A stretch of 64,000 nt of DNA, taken from the NCBI GenBank assembly GCA_002633005.1, contig NMRA01000136.1, positions 68,859 through 132,858 of the forward strand, written 5' to 3'. This DNA comes from Phoronis australis. Its lineage: Eukaryota; Animalia; Phoronida. The position numbers and the translations under genes are program-made. The stretch's first letter is position 1. Each line of letters opens with the position of its first letter. This document shows, piece by piece, positions 1 through 13,900 of the stretch. Below the pieces are notes generated by a model that was not told where the DNA came from, made no database searches, and was given only the letters and a program-made list of their open reading frames with translations.

Positions 1-222
1 AAGTGCTACGCTGGAGCCTGCCTGCGCTGCCTTCGGCAGCTTGGCTTAGGCCCGCCTAAGTGCTACGCTGGAGCCTGCCTGCGCTGCCTTCGCCAGCTTG
101 ACTGAGGCCCGCCTAAGTGCTACGCTGGAGCCTGCCTGCGCTGCCTTCGGCAGCTTGGCTGAGGCCCGCCTGAGTGCTACGCTGGAGCCTGCCTGCGCTG
201 CCTTCGGCAGCTTGGCTGAGGT
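1..222. repeat. GC-rich 57-bp minisatellite (~4 copies, runs off the window start)
   Basis: Unit aagtgctacgctggagcctgcctgcgctgccttcggcagcttggct(t)aggcccgcct repeats at a 57-nt period. Each unit holds the hairpin gctgcc-ttc-ggcagc. This explains the repetitive 46..249 ORF. Confidence 0.9.
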
Positions 223-2849
223 CCCAAAATGTAGTGTGTGAATGGCCAACGAAGAAAAGTCTTCTCTTGTAAATTAGTGTCAATGGGGCACAACCTCACA
301 AACTTCACACATGCAACAAACAAACTTGTTGGAAGAGATTTCCAAGGTTACATATATCTTCTAAGTTTACTGCTAAGGTTCACTCTTGCGAATCCAGATT
401 CACAAGTCCGACAGTTCTGTCTGCTAATGAGGCGGAACTGACATTCAGAAACTATTGTATACGTGTCTATTTAGTAACCATTATAAGGGAGTAAAAAATG
501 AAGTTCTTAAATTATTTATTGCTTTGTTTGCCAATGAGCTCAGTTCCAATCATTTACAATCGTGACTCCTGAATTTAAAACGACTCATTTTAAAACAGGG
601 GCAACATCGGGGGTACGGGGTATTTCATCTCATGGTTGCGGCGACTTACGGACGAATTAGGGAAACTCTCTGATTTGGTGAAGACTGGCAGGACCTGGGT
701 AACTTAGTAAATTTAGTTCCCACCCGGTACCTATTTCGAAGTAGTGGGTGAGGTTGAAGTGCTACGGATTAACTTCCTAGTCACATTGTGAAATGATGCG
801 ATCTTGACATGGATTTGGTGAATGTATCGTGGTTAATAATTCACCAATATACCTACTTCATATTTTTTTTTCAAAATGCATTCATTTTCCCGTATTCATA
901 AGAAATGCTTTGGAGCCCACTTTCGCATGCGCAAGAAACCCAAACAGTTACAGTTTCTTTTAATAATACTCGTTTTTGTTTTCAGTATCATTACCACACG
1001 TAGATATGCCACTGTGTCTTAACCGAAATGTGTTTTTGAATATGGAAGTATCGAAATTACATCTTAGTCCAAAATTTCGCACATTTTCGGGGTCGTGAAC
1101 CTTCGGAGTTGTGAACCTTTAGAGTATTGCCTTCGGAATACTGGGCTGTTCCCAGTTCCAACGCTATGAGCAACTTAAGTAACTTTACAAAAAATTCTCA
1201 TACTAAATGTTTCCGTCTGAGAATGAGATGGAGAATAATCATTCACTTTTAAAGCACGCATTATTCGAAAGTTTGGCAGAGCGTAACCCTCAGTAATCCA
1301 GAAATAGAGCTTTGTCGATCACAATGCATCCGAGCTTTGGTCCCGTTTTGCGGGTAACTGTCACAGCATCCTCATTTCTTGGACTAGATCTACGAATTCC
1401 GTCTTATGTCAGGAAAATGGAGCCGCCAAGATTCATCGTCTGGTAGACAGATTTCCTTTCTTTTGGGTTTAGCTGCCTTAGAGCGCTACGGAAAAATGGC
1501 CGACGTTTGCGAAATATGACCAAAAGGTTCACCGTTTTAGAAATTCGATCCACTGGCTACGAGCCTGTTAAAGCAGTCTTTGGTTTGTCTTTTGTAAAAT
1601 GTTTGTTTATTTATGTGACTTCCGTTTCATACAAAACAGGACAATTCTCGAGTTTTGAGCCCATTTTTGAAAGAGCTATAGTCCCACGAAACAAGTCATG
1701 TTTCTGCATTTGTGCATGTGAACCTTACGCACATTAGGACAAAATGGTGGATAGTTTTTAAGATAAGTTTTAAAACTTACGTAACGCTGCGATAACAACA
1801 ACGTTTGCACGGAAAAGTCAAGCGTACCAACAAATTACAATACGACATACTGAGCAAAGGTGCAAAGACTATCATAAGGTAGTTTTCAAAATAAACTGGA
1901 AAATGTAAAAAATTGGGTTTCGGCGCAAGAAACGGCTACTAAATATTCATTTTATTTCGACTAGAATCCATTTCAATTCTAGGTAAATCTCAGCAAAAAC
2001 TCAACAGTTGTTGTTCCATTTAGGCTGTCGAAATCGCGAGATCTTACTACACATTAGTCCATTCACAAACAATTAGTTACTAGGCGCAGTGTCACATTCA
2101 TGTTCAACAAGAGTTCAACTAATTTGACGAATAATTCCGACAAGAGGTTTATCCAAGTGTAGTATAGCCAGGAAGAGTTCTGTCGAAGTCTGCCAATTTT
2201 GAAAACTTTGGTACACCTACCTTTAAAATGCAACAGCGCAATAATAAATTTTATTTTTAATTATCAATCAATTTACTTCTGTAATAAAAACCACAGGCCC
2301 ACTGTACAATAGAACAACATGTAAAATACTTAAAAGTGCAGCAAGTTATCACGGAGTCAAAAAGCACAAAATACATATTTACATAGGTTAATTAATTTAG
2401 CATCATCACTTGTTGACATTAATCTATTGAACTTAAAAAAGACGGAATATTCCAGTAGTACACTTCAATATAATTTTCTCTCAGTTCAGAATATTTATCA
2501 CAGATTAGAAGAAAATGATACTCGTCTTTCATAGTATTGAGGCAGAAGGGATACACTCTGTTTGCCGTATTTAAATTCAAGTGCCTGCTACTTTCATCAT
2601 GAGAATGAGGTTAGAACAACTGAAACGTGCCATGGACACAATTTGTGCACGGGGTATACTCAAACTTAATTTTTTCCCATTTGAATTCTTTTGTAATTTG
2701 AGTGTAAAAATACGGCTTATGATTACTCTCAACACTCTGTCTCCATCCTTTCAAATAATAATCCCTTATTCAAAAATTAGCAGAATAATATTTTCACACA
2801 CAACGCCTTGATTTAACCAAACTTATTGAAATCCATACTTTGACAATAT

Positions 2850-3994
2850 CAGCCGATTTCATAAAGGTGGTTTAACAAAACCAGGTTTAAGACTTAAACC
2901 TGGTCTTCCTACACCTAGTCTAATTTTAGACCCAATTTGCATTTCACCAACGTGGTTTAAAAGTCTGAAAGCCTGGTTTTGTTAGACCAGGGAGCCGGTT
3001 TACTAAAACCAGGTTTAAAGTATCTAAGCCACCCTGCTCTGTCGATCTGGATTAACCCCACAAAGAAACTATTGAAGTACTTCAATGAAAACTTAATCAC
3101 GTGGATATACAATGGCACACACTAGTAGAATCAGTGCAGACGTTTGCGAAAAAGGTGTAAAAGCTTTTCTCATGAGGAAAAATGTAATGTGTGTGACCAA
3201 CACACGTATACACACATTAAAGTACATGCTCACGATTAGCCGTAATATCATAAATGTCCAAATTTATTTCCGTGCCATTTTATTTTTCGCGGCCAAAAGA
3301 GGGGCAAGAATCCTTCCTGGCAACATTAAGTCGGAGACCAATGGAGGTGGAACTCAGAAGAATCAGAAAATGCTGTCTTCAGTCAAACCCGTAGCGCTTA
3401 TGACGATGACGCCCTGCTCGACCAGTCGTATTCTGAAGAATACGCAGGACAGTATCCAGCACGAACTGGTCTACACATAGGCGGATCCAACGGAGTCAAG
3501 GGGTCCGGACTCCCTTTTTGCTTGATTTTATTGAAATCAAATCTATAATTTTCAAATTGTTGACTTGGTCCCCCTTTTTAAAAAGTCCTTGACCGACACC
3601 CTCCCCTTAAAAGTCGTGGATCCGCCCCTGCTGCGTTTGATCTTGTGTCGTCGTAAAACTGGATATTGAAAATAGTCCATTTTCGCTCTAAAACTGCGTC
3701 GTAAATGCACACCGCGGCCTCATTCAGTTGCACCTATACCATGCAAGTCTGTCATATTTAACAGCTAAACCTAGGTCTGACCACGTATAAAGTTAAACCT
3801 GGTTTAAGATCTTAGACTTCGTTGTTGAAATGAAAACTGACTTAGACCAGTTCTAAATTGGAGTTAAACCGGGTTTTACTAGACCACTGGTCTAAAAGTT
3901 AAGCCACCTTTATGAAATGCAGATTATCTTTAAGCCTGGTTTAAGTCCAGTTTAAACCAGCTTTAACTTTAAACCACCTTTATGAAATGGGCTG
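2850..3994. mobile_element. Non-autonomous DNA transposon with TIRs, PIF/Harbinger-like
   Basis: Left end cagccgatttcataaaggtggtttaa and right end ttaaaccacctttatgaaatgggctg are ~26-bp inverted repeats. Subterminal aaaccaggtttaa/ttaaacctggttt motifs occur at both ends. Superfamily is inferred from terminal style only. Confidence 0.7.
3476..3630. mobile_element. Small MITE nested in the 2850-3994 element
   Basis: Termini cataggcggatcca ... tggatccgcccctg are inverted repeats. Related ends occur near 39670-39690 and 50840-50852. Confidence 0.55.
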
Positions 3995-4579
3995 TAATAG
4001 TCCAAGGCTCGATCTACATGTTGGGAACGAGGTGACGAGGTGAACAACCCGTGCTGTATAAAATTTCTGGGTCTAACGGAGACACTGACGCAGTGGTCAG
4101 CCTGCTCGCTGTATAAAGACTATAGCCAAAATCCAAATTCGTTTTATCCTGTCCCTGTCAATAATATAACGGCATGCTAAAGGTTCTTAATGTTCGTACT
4201 TCAGGAACATAACAATTTTGTACACATACGCGCACGCCGCAGATCACATCTCGGAAATTTCCGATTTGACGGATGACAATGAATGAGCACAATGAAATTA
4301 AACATTGTTGTTCTGCAGCTTGTAAGATTCCTAATAAACGTATTTTGAATATTGCAATGCATGTGTTCAATATTTTTGTATTCGTGGGCGCCAAATGAAA
4401 GTAATCGTGAGTGCTGTTGTGTTGCAAAATAATCTCTTATCCTGGGCCGATTTGAAAAATTCAAAGTTGTACTCATATTTGTTTTCGCTCCTGTTTTCAA
4501 ATATTACAGTAAAAAATACGTAAAACTCTCTCCATAAAAAGTACAGTCTGCTACGCTAGATTGTAATCAGCTGATCATA

Positions 4580-5624
4580 TCCGCATGAGCGAAGCCAATT
4601 ATCGTCGCTCGTGACTCGATGAATAGAGCAGCTTGGCGGGATCCCTTTGATCGTAAGCCGAGCGCAACTCAGCCAAGGTGGATAGATACGGTCTAGTTCA
4701 ATCTGCCAAACCCCACCTCTTACCCTGATAGGCGGGTTGGGCCAATCTTATTTAGTGGGAATGTTTATAGCATGGAAACCTGTTGTAAAACAAAAGCTCG
4801 ATTTTATATTCTATGCTCAGATGTTAGGGGAATCTTTATTTAGGTATTCATATACAGTATTCGAATCATTGTTACTATACAACTTTTGCCCTGACGGTTG
4901 TGAGAAAGGGTAACCTGACTTCGCGGCCCCCGACGAGCTAGTAAGCAGATTTGTAGTTTTGCGGCTAATTAACCAAAATAATCACGCGCACACTTTTTCT
5001 TTGGCTCACTAGTATAATCTTTTCGTGACTAAAAGTGTAGTTTCCATTTTTGACTGGTTTATGTTTGTGACGTCTTCAGTCCGGCCGCGATCAGTGGGCC
5101 TGATTGGGTTCCGAGCCACTGGCCGGGATAGCAAGCGTTTTGTGGGTTTAGAACTGAAAAAAAAATCGCAAGTCTAAAATTACAACACACAGCTATGTTC
5201 TCCTGTCTGTATTTCACGGACGAATTATTTAAATTTATCACCGAACAGACCCCAAACTCCCGTGGCCGACCTTGGTAAATTGGCCTACCGAACTTTGTAC
5301 GTTCAAATACCTATAAATCCGTAACAGCGAAATAAAATAACACGTTTGTTCAATAACTCAATATATTTGTAAGGGTTTTCCTTCGAATTTTGGTGATTTA
5401 TTGGTGTAAAACGATGACTTCAAACGATAAGCTGACACCAGTAAGCGTGTTGTGGACTGCTGAACAGACTACATTCGAACCTCTGACGTCATTGGTTAAT
5501 TTCAACACCTCCGTCCGCCGTCAGGAGTCATGTAAAAGAGCTGTACTTGCTGTTATCGAGTCAGAGTGGAACTACTCGATCTAAACTGATACAAACTAGG
5601 CAGTTTTTTGGGTGGCATTCTCTT
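4580..5624 (+). mobile_element. Kolobok-like element, 3' portion (copy 2, left end missing)
   Basis: Colinear with 17710-18581 and 59270-60090. Ends ggtggcattctctt followed by TTAA (5625-5628). Confidence 0.8.
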
Positions 5625-5984
5625 TTAAGACGTCTGAACATAAAATCCAGCGCTCCGTACGTGTTCAGAGACAACGACCAGCGTTAATCGGCGAGCATTG
5701 CGAGCAGGGCAGGTCGTAATACAATCACAAAAAGCTTTTTTCACGGAAAATTAGATATTTTCAATAATTAATGATTGCATAGAGATTGATAGCACACAAT
5801 CACCACCGTTGCTTGCACTGATGAGGAAAGTAGTCCGCGTTCACTTATACCTGATTAGACTTTTGCTTGTAAGCGACACAAATATATGGAAATGAGCTGT
5901 CTAGACTCCCCGGATAATGAGTTGACCCAAGCGGGTAATTATCGCAAATGAAATCATGCGACCAGGTCCTCAGTTTCTCAATTG

Positions 5985-7616
5985 TTACTGAAAACGACAT
6001 CCTGTGTCAGCTGAAGGGCATTACATGCAATAAATCGATGGGTTATGACTCGTTACATCCAAGATTCCTCACTTATGGCGCTCATGCATATGCAAGTCCC
6101 TAACACCCATATTCAATAAGTGTATAGCCTCCAATGAGTATCCCTCTTTGTTGAAAAAGTCAAGATTAGTCCAGTATTTAAGAAAAGGGACCGAATGGAT
6201 AAATCCTGTTATAGACCACTTAGCGTGCTAATTGCTGTCAACCAAGTTTTTGAACGACTTACCCTAGACCAACTGAAACTACATTTTGATGAAATTTGAA
6301 ATGAAAATTTATGTGCTTTCTGTAAAGGTTTTTCTTGTCAGGATGTCTTGTTGCGCTTAACTGAAGATGTAAGGTTAGCTCTGGATAATAGTATATTTGC
6401 TGGGTGCATACTAATTGATCTGTCTAATGCTTTTGATTGCCTTCCCCATGAGCTCTTTGTTGCCAAACTAAAAGCCTGTCCTATCTCAGTGATAGAAGGA
6501 TGAGAGTGAAAATTGGCTCTACTGTCAGTTACTGCTTAAATATCCCCAAAGGTGTTCCCCAAGGGACTGTCTTAGGCCCCCATGTTATTCAACATTTTTA
6601 TCAATGTTATATTTTGCGCTATAAGCGGTCAATGTATGTTATATAATTACGCTGATGACAATACCCTATTGCAAGCAGGCTCCTATTTATCTGCAGTTCG
6701 CCTCAGCCTCAAGCTAGCTGGGCAGATGCCAATGGATTGGTTCTCCTCTAATGAAATGGCGGTAAACCCTGATAAATTTAAGTCGATCATCTTTTCTAGG
6801 AACCGTGTACATAATAATAGGTATCTCATGTCTGGTGATACTATGATTGAGTGTGAAGAGTCTGTTAAGCTGCTGTGTGTCCGACTTGATAACCACGTTG
6901 ATGCTATTTGCAAAAAAGCTTCTAGACAAATGGATGGCTTGTTCCGTCTTCGAAATGCTTTAGGCACTAACAGTAAGCTCAAGTTATATTACCCATTTAT
7001 AAGATCCTATTTTAATCAATGCCCCCTCGTTTGGCACCTATGTGGAATACAGAAAAGCAAGAAAATGGAAAAAATACAACATCGTACTCACAATTCTTAG
7101 ATAGGGCTAGGAGCTGCTCTCTAACTAGTTGGCGGATGAAATGTTTATCTATTGAAGTATTCAAAAATGTTCATGTTATTGGACCCTGTCCTTAGTCAGG
7201 AAAGCTTAAATTTAGAGAGTCTGGATACGGTCTCAGAGGTGAAAACTGTCTCTATGTGAAACACTTCGACCTACGGGTGTATCTCCCGTAAGGGTACTTT
7301 GCTGTGGAACTCATTGCCATCAGTAATGACTGCTTTAAATGAGTTTGCCACTCTTGCTCATGATTTTCTCTCTGAGAACTGCTCTTGTGATAACTCCTAC
7401 GGATGTCTACATGCTGCGTAACATATGTACTTTTGTATTTATATTCACTGAAAGTAAGTTCTGTATATTCTCCTTAATGTAGAATTAGCTTGTATTTTGG
7501 TTTTCTGTATTTTCATTTTGTAGATTTTAAAAATTGTCGGACAATAGCACTTGTGCTAACTTTTCATTATTAAAAAAGATTACTACTACTATTTCTGTAC
7601 TACTACTACTACTATA
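5985..7616 (+). mobile_element. 5'-truncated, decayed non-LTR retrotransposon (CR1/L2-group reverse transcriptase)
   Basis: RT motifs across frameshifts: PVFKK.DRMDKSCYRPLSVL, DLSNAFDCLPHELFVAKL, GVPQGTVLGP, MLFNIFIN, YADDNTL, WFSSNEMAVNPDKFKSI, CPLVWHLCG. Ends in a (TAC)n tail at ~7581-7616. Confidence 0.85.
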
Positions 7617-7936
7617 CTAAGGCTATGCCCGCGCATGGGTTCATAGTCATTGCCGCGGTCTCTTGAGGAGTTATACTCAGAACGGGTACTCTTTCGTAAT
7701 GAAAATAGTCACCCTTTCGTCAGGAATGGGGCCGTGAAAAAGTCACCCACGTGAGTGGAACGTTTCATCTCCGCCGCGGCTCCGTTACTCCGATCTCTGC
7801 AAAGCTAGTGATAAGCAATCCCACCTGAGTTGATTCACCGTCAGGTGGCGTCGTTAGTTAGCACGCCTTTAGTCCCCGGACCAAGCCCCGGTCAAAATCA
7901 TCATCTTTCCTGAACGAACGATTGTTTTCTTCAAAA

Positions 7937-10900
7937 ATGGGTGACAAGAAAGTTCAAGCAAAGTATACTCAGGTATGTGAAATAAAAATGTAGACTTAGT
8001 CCAAGTTTCTCCGGTTTTAAGAGCGTGAAGGGTGCTGTAGCGTGTAAGAAGAGTCAGTCACCTGGACTGGAGTCACGCTTACTTGTCAGTGAGCGGCGTG
8101 ACCTGGTTCATTAACGCTAGGACCTGAGCAAGGACTTCGTTAAAATCTAGCCAAAATCACGTGTTCTCATTTAAAACACACTGCAATATCTAACGTAATT
8201 TCACAAAGTATTGCTTTTCAGCGAGGTGCTAGCGTTTGGCCTAGTATGTACTAAGCTCTACCCTGGTCACCTACAACTCCGACTCTGTATCGGCGTAGGC
8301 ATCATCGCTGTGCTCTGGACGAGAGAACGTTGACGGTACTGTCACGGAGTCCACGTTCTTGACCCCAATTATGCTAAAATGGGCCTGGTGTGCACACTGA
8401 ACAGCTTGAGGAAATTCAGACTCGGGACCAGTTATTGAGTTATAGAATCTCACAACTTGGGTCCATTACGGCGTTTTCCCGTTGCTCCCAACTTGTTCGC
8501 AATAAGTAGCCAATATCTTACACAAGTGATTAACTCCATTCTGGCATTGATGGTTGAAGTCCTGGCTATCTTTTGTTCGATAATTGCTCTAATCTCCGAT
8601 CAGATCATATCTAGCCTGGTTAAGACACTCCGTTCTGCCAGGTTTCAGTAACCCTTTGAAGCTTGGGAGATAATTGGCCTGCTTGTTGTCATACGGGAGA
8701 AAAGAGTCAGAGAGAGCAGAGTCTTCAGTCAAGCAATGTTTGATAGACATTTTTAAACACTAGGGTCCAATAGCTGCACATTTCCAAATTTTTTGTGTCC
8801 ATGTCATTTTTTAATCATTTTTAACCCAGACGAAATATTTAGTATATGTACATGTATGAATGAGTGAAAATATAGACTATTATGGTGTACAAAGATCATG
8901 TCGTTCTAGGAATACTGCGATTTAGAATATATTTTACTATTTTAGTTATAAAACATATTTTCAAATAATTATGACAGTTTGTTTAATGTAAACAATATTT
9001 TGTATACAATAAAAACTGCTGAGTACCTTGTTTTCTTTTTTAGATTTAATTCCAAAAAGTATTGTATTGTTATCTAAATTAATCTCAAAGTTGCTCTTTG
9101 CTGACAATAGGCTTTCAATACCCTGTCAAAAGAACATGTGAGGAAACAATGTACTAATAAGTGTCTGATTGTCTCACATTCCATGTTACGAATAGTGCAG
9201 GAAACAGAATCAACATAATTAATTTTAAACAACCAAGCTTTGTAGGAAGTATCCAAGCAGCAGTGTGTATAAAAATGGCGTATTTTTGTATGATTTACAC
9301 TTAAAAGAGGGATTTTACAATAATTCTTTAATATAAAGGGACCAATAACATATTCAAAATCTTCAAACTTCCTTTGAGCTGTAGGTTTCAAGTGATTTCT
9401 GTTTATTATGCGCCCACATATTTACATGTGGACGCATTATGCCGTCATCTCTGTCTGTCAGTCGGTCCGTGCTGCGTCCGTAGCTCTATCTCCAAATGCC
9501 TTGAGATATGTTCATGAAATTTTGCACATGTGTTCCTTCCATGGATGGGACGGTATGAGCGAACTTTTGGATGGATCCGACTACCGGTGTGCCCCTAGTG
9601 GCAATTTTAGTTTTTCACGTTTACCTTTCTATATTCAAAAGTCCTCAACGGATTTTCATAAAATTGTGTATAGTGGCACCTATTAGTGAGGTGACGCTAT
9701 CCTCTTTTTTCGGAAGAATTTGACGTATTTTGCGCCACCTAGTGACCATTTTTTTCTGTTTTTGAGTCTGTTTTTTTTTTTGGCATCCGCTCGTCTATCA
9801 ACCAAACCGCTTTCAGGGTAATTGTAAAAATTGGCATGTATGTTTTTACTATGAAGTGGACGGCTGACGATGATTTTCTGATGACTTTGACTACTGTAGC
9901 GCATCCTAGTGGTAGTTTTGTTTTGTTTTGTTTTGTTTTGCGCCCATAGCTGTATCTCCTAAACCTACTGTAGGATCTTTTATTAAGTTTAGGAAGTGTA
10001 TTAATATATGAAGATAACAGACAACGACGACTTTCAGGCACATCCAACACGGTCCCGTTTTTGGATGGATTGTACGTTTTTGCGCCATCTAGTGTTCATT
10101 TTTATGATACAAATAAATAACCCTAAAAGCACACCATTTGCGATGCATTCGTGGGCGCATTTCAACGCTCTGTGTTGCTCTTGTATTATCATTATATATG
10201 TGTTTACATTCACTTCTAGCAAGTAGATTGGACAATAAAAAAATTTAAATTGGTCGACAATTTATTTTAATTGGTACTTTGCATAACACTTTTTCAGAAA
10301 GGCTTTTACTGAGCTGACCAAAGAAAGGTATTGCAAATAACTAATTTTTATACTTGTTATTATTAAAAATAATCATGTGTAAGAAAATCACCATTTGTGT
10401 CCAAATTGTTATTTAGCAAGATTGTATTATGCTTTAGGAAAGATTCCTTATAAAAACGGAGTTCGTCTGTCAACATTTTACTATCATGTAGAATGTTAAA
10501 GAGACAATACTGCATTCGTGTGTATACCTCATTGTTCTGTTTACTAATAAAAGATGCCCAGTGGCATCAATGTTCATGCGGAGTTTAAAGAACACTGCAT
10601 TTGAGACATAAATAATATGGAGGCATGCGAAAAAATCACGCTTTGCACTCCGATTAAGCACGGAATGCATCGTTTGTAAAGCCTAAAATGAGGCGACTGC
10701 ACAAGTAAGGTGCATAATTATTGTTCCAATGCACGAAATGGAAATTTTTAACAGTATCCCAATGACTAGGATTAGCCATTGTATTTAATACGTTGTTTGT
10801 AACTAAGTTGTCATCGATGTAGCAAAGATAGCACAAAGTTGGTTGTTGCTATTTGAAGTAAAATGGTTTGCAAGCTTTGTCTCCTTATTCCTGTATGATC

Positions 10901-13900
10901 ATTGTATAACCATATCAGCTTGGAGTACGGTAAAATGAGTACCAAGATATCCAGACCTAAATAATTGTTAGAACTGCCTTTTCTATTTTCAAGACGTAGA
11001 TACATGCAGTTCCTCAAAATAATGCCTATGGCTCTGTGGGATATTTCATTCAAGAGTCGTGAATTTTGTGACTTTTTTCTCGTAGTCTGAAAGCAAACTT
11101 ACTACTGGTCATAAGTTTTGGCGTAAGGTTCTGTTTTCACTGCATGAAAAACATTGTGAAATTAAGACATTTTAGTGAAAGAGGACCAATTTTGGAAGTT
11201 GGTAATTTGGTGCTGCTCACCTTTTATTAAAAAATGTGAAAATGAAATTTCACCAAGTCCCAGTAAATTGTCAAGATTTTTCTGTATGCCCTATATATTG
11301 TAGATTTTTATCAACAACGAATGGCTGAACTCAGCGAGTGGCAAAACTTTCCCAGTCATAAACCCGTGTACAGAAGAGGTGATTTGTCAGGTCCAGGAAG
11401 GAGATAAGGTAAGTAAAAAAACACTTGAAAATCTAAATAAATACATTTAGCTATTTTTTATTTATTAACCAGGTCAATACACCACTTTTTGGGTCATAAG
11501 TCTGCTGATTCTTGTTAGGAAATATGTTGTTTCTGAATCAGCATTTAATGCGTGTGGACCAATTACTGAATACAATGTTTTTGAGTTTTTGCAGTTAGTG
11601 AACTCAAAGTTCACTAGGTGGCCCTAGTGAAACGAGTTCTACTCGTAGAAATGTCTGCATTTTGATAGTCACATAGGACCCCTGTTACATACAAGGCCAT
11701 CCTAATTTTGATACTGAAACATCTTTTAACATGAATTTTTGTGTTCCTAAGTTTGCACGATCACACATTGGAGTACGCTTGTTGCTTCTGCAGTTAGTTT
11801 CACCAATGCACACTTAATTTTATTCTGGTTTGACTGTGTCAGTTTTGATTTAAACTATTGTGTGGCTTCAGAGTTTAAATGTGTTAAGGCAACTGTAGAC
11901 AGAAATCTACAAGCTGAGCTGTCTGCTTCCAGTGAACATTAGCTGAGACGATAGCTTAAGGTCAGAACACTTGAGTGAACCTGGGGCTTCAGCGTAATCT
12001 TTGTTACTTTGTCTAGGCTGATGTAAACAAGGCGGTAGAGGCAGCACGTGCTGCATTCAAGATCGGCTCCCCCTGGAGGACGATGGACGCTTCAGCCAGG
12101 GGTAGACTTATGAACAAGTTTGCCGACCTCCTGGAGAGAGATGCTGAATACCTGGCTGTGAGTTGAAAGAGATGTGTCGTGGTTTGTCATTGGCTGTTTT
12201 TGGCTTTAAGTTTGTTTTGTGAATTTATATTGGGCAGTCATACACGTTATTTATTTGAGTGCTAAAATTTAAACATTTGAAAATGTTAAATGAAATCCAA
12301 TGTATGAACTTATCCTCAGAGAACTTTGGATACCTTTATTGATATACTGTGGCCATTCTCTGTGTTTGAATTGTTAGAATGGAGAACTGGACATTCGCTA
12401 GAAGTCGGGATTAAAGTAAGGAAACAGTACTGACAGTCTAGTGGTTAGAGTACTGAACTGACAATTGATAGGTCCCAAGTTCAATCCCAGCATGCGCCAA
12501 GAAAAAGAAAAAAGCGCTCATCGTTGACTACCATAAGTGTACTGTACATCCGTTCTCGTTTTTCTAAGAATGCTGTAACAGCTAAAGATGGCCAGAAAAA
12601 TGACAGACCTAAACGTCATGTCAATGTCAATATAGGGTAGTGGTTAGTGTAAATAGATCAATAGATTTAGGAAAATTTTTCCACATCACCTCCTCAAAGA
12701 GAAGTTTTAAGACAAAGGAGTCAGGAGTGAAGCATGGGGCTTTCTTATAGAAAAACCGGCATTCAGGTTGTCATGTATGTCACTTTCCAAGTGAACGCCT
12801 GCATGCTGATGGGCTGCTTTCTGTTTTCAATCTATTCAGATGTCAAAAATTGGAGTCTTTATTCAGTAGTGCCACCTGGTGGATATTGAGTCACCCGTTA
12901 TGGCAATATACTGCATCTTCTTTTCTGATGAATCTCAAACTAAGGTTTGTTTGCTTAATAGAACACACTCCGAAGTTGTTGGTGTTTATTGTTAAGACTA
13001 CATTGGTCTTGCAGAGTTTGGATGTGCTCAATACTGGTCGTGTGTACTCCAGTAACTATGGTGATATCGAAGGCACATGTGAGGTCATGAGGTACTACGC
13101 TGGTTGGTGTGACAAGATTCATGGTCAGACTCTGCCTACTGGTAAGACCAGGGTGCACTTTTTGACATTTGGCAATGTTTTTGTTTGATTTGTACAGTCA
13201 CGTCTTGATTAGATGATTGCTCATTGATGAATCTGTAAGTAACATCTAAATTTCACCTGCATTCTTTTCCAGTCTGTGAGGGTTAGCACTGTGACAACAT
13301 GTGTAACATGGCTTCTCATTGATTAACACTTGGAAAATATTCAAACATTCTGGTGGTTCGATGATCAGAAATGCGTCAGTCTTATACTACTCCATCTATT
13401 GAGAAATGCTTTTTTCTTGCAGTTTCTGCAGCCACAGCAGACTAAATGCATTCCACCAAAGTTCATGTTTTTTAACACATTCAAGATTACAAGCCATTGA
13501 ACAAATGACAACAATTCTCTATACTTTTACTCTTCATTCCCACACTATTTTGTGCCTTCCACCCAAGGCACGCGAGCTGATGCCCACACACGAAATTCTG
13601 TATGACGTTCGTCATTTCTTGGGGCCTATTTTCCACTTAGGTGGCACTTTGTCAGAAGGTAAATTTTACCCATCTTGGTCTAGTCTAACAATCAGGCTTG
13701 ATTACCTAACTGTCTGACCTTGAATAATATTTAGCCAAGCTTGGCTACTTTTTACCTTTGTTTTTTGTCTTTGACTTAAATAATGATTGCCATCAGTAGT
13801 TATTCAGGCTACGGTAAAAATTCTTGAATTCATGACAAAGTTAATGGCGAAAATTGTCATTTTTCTGTTTTTGATGTTTGTGTACATTGCTGTAGTTTCG

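Noticed and set aside
3112-3480. 122-aa ORF and other short ORFs in repeats (9408, 9683, 21974, 35287-35844, 55123, 61629, 62146)
   Set aside because: No recognisable domains or splice context; they lie in MITE/HINE sequence, intergenic DNA or the duplicated segment.
12431-12498. tRNA gene
   Set aside because: A and B boxes are present but the acceptor and anticodon stems do not pair; treated as a SINE relic.
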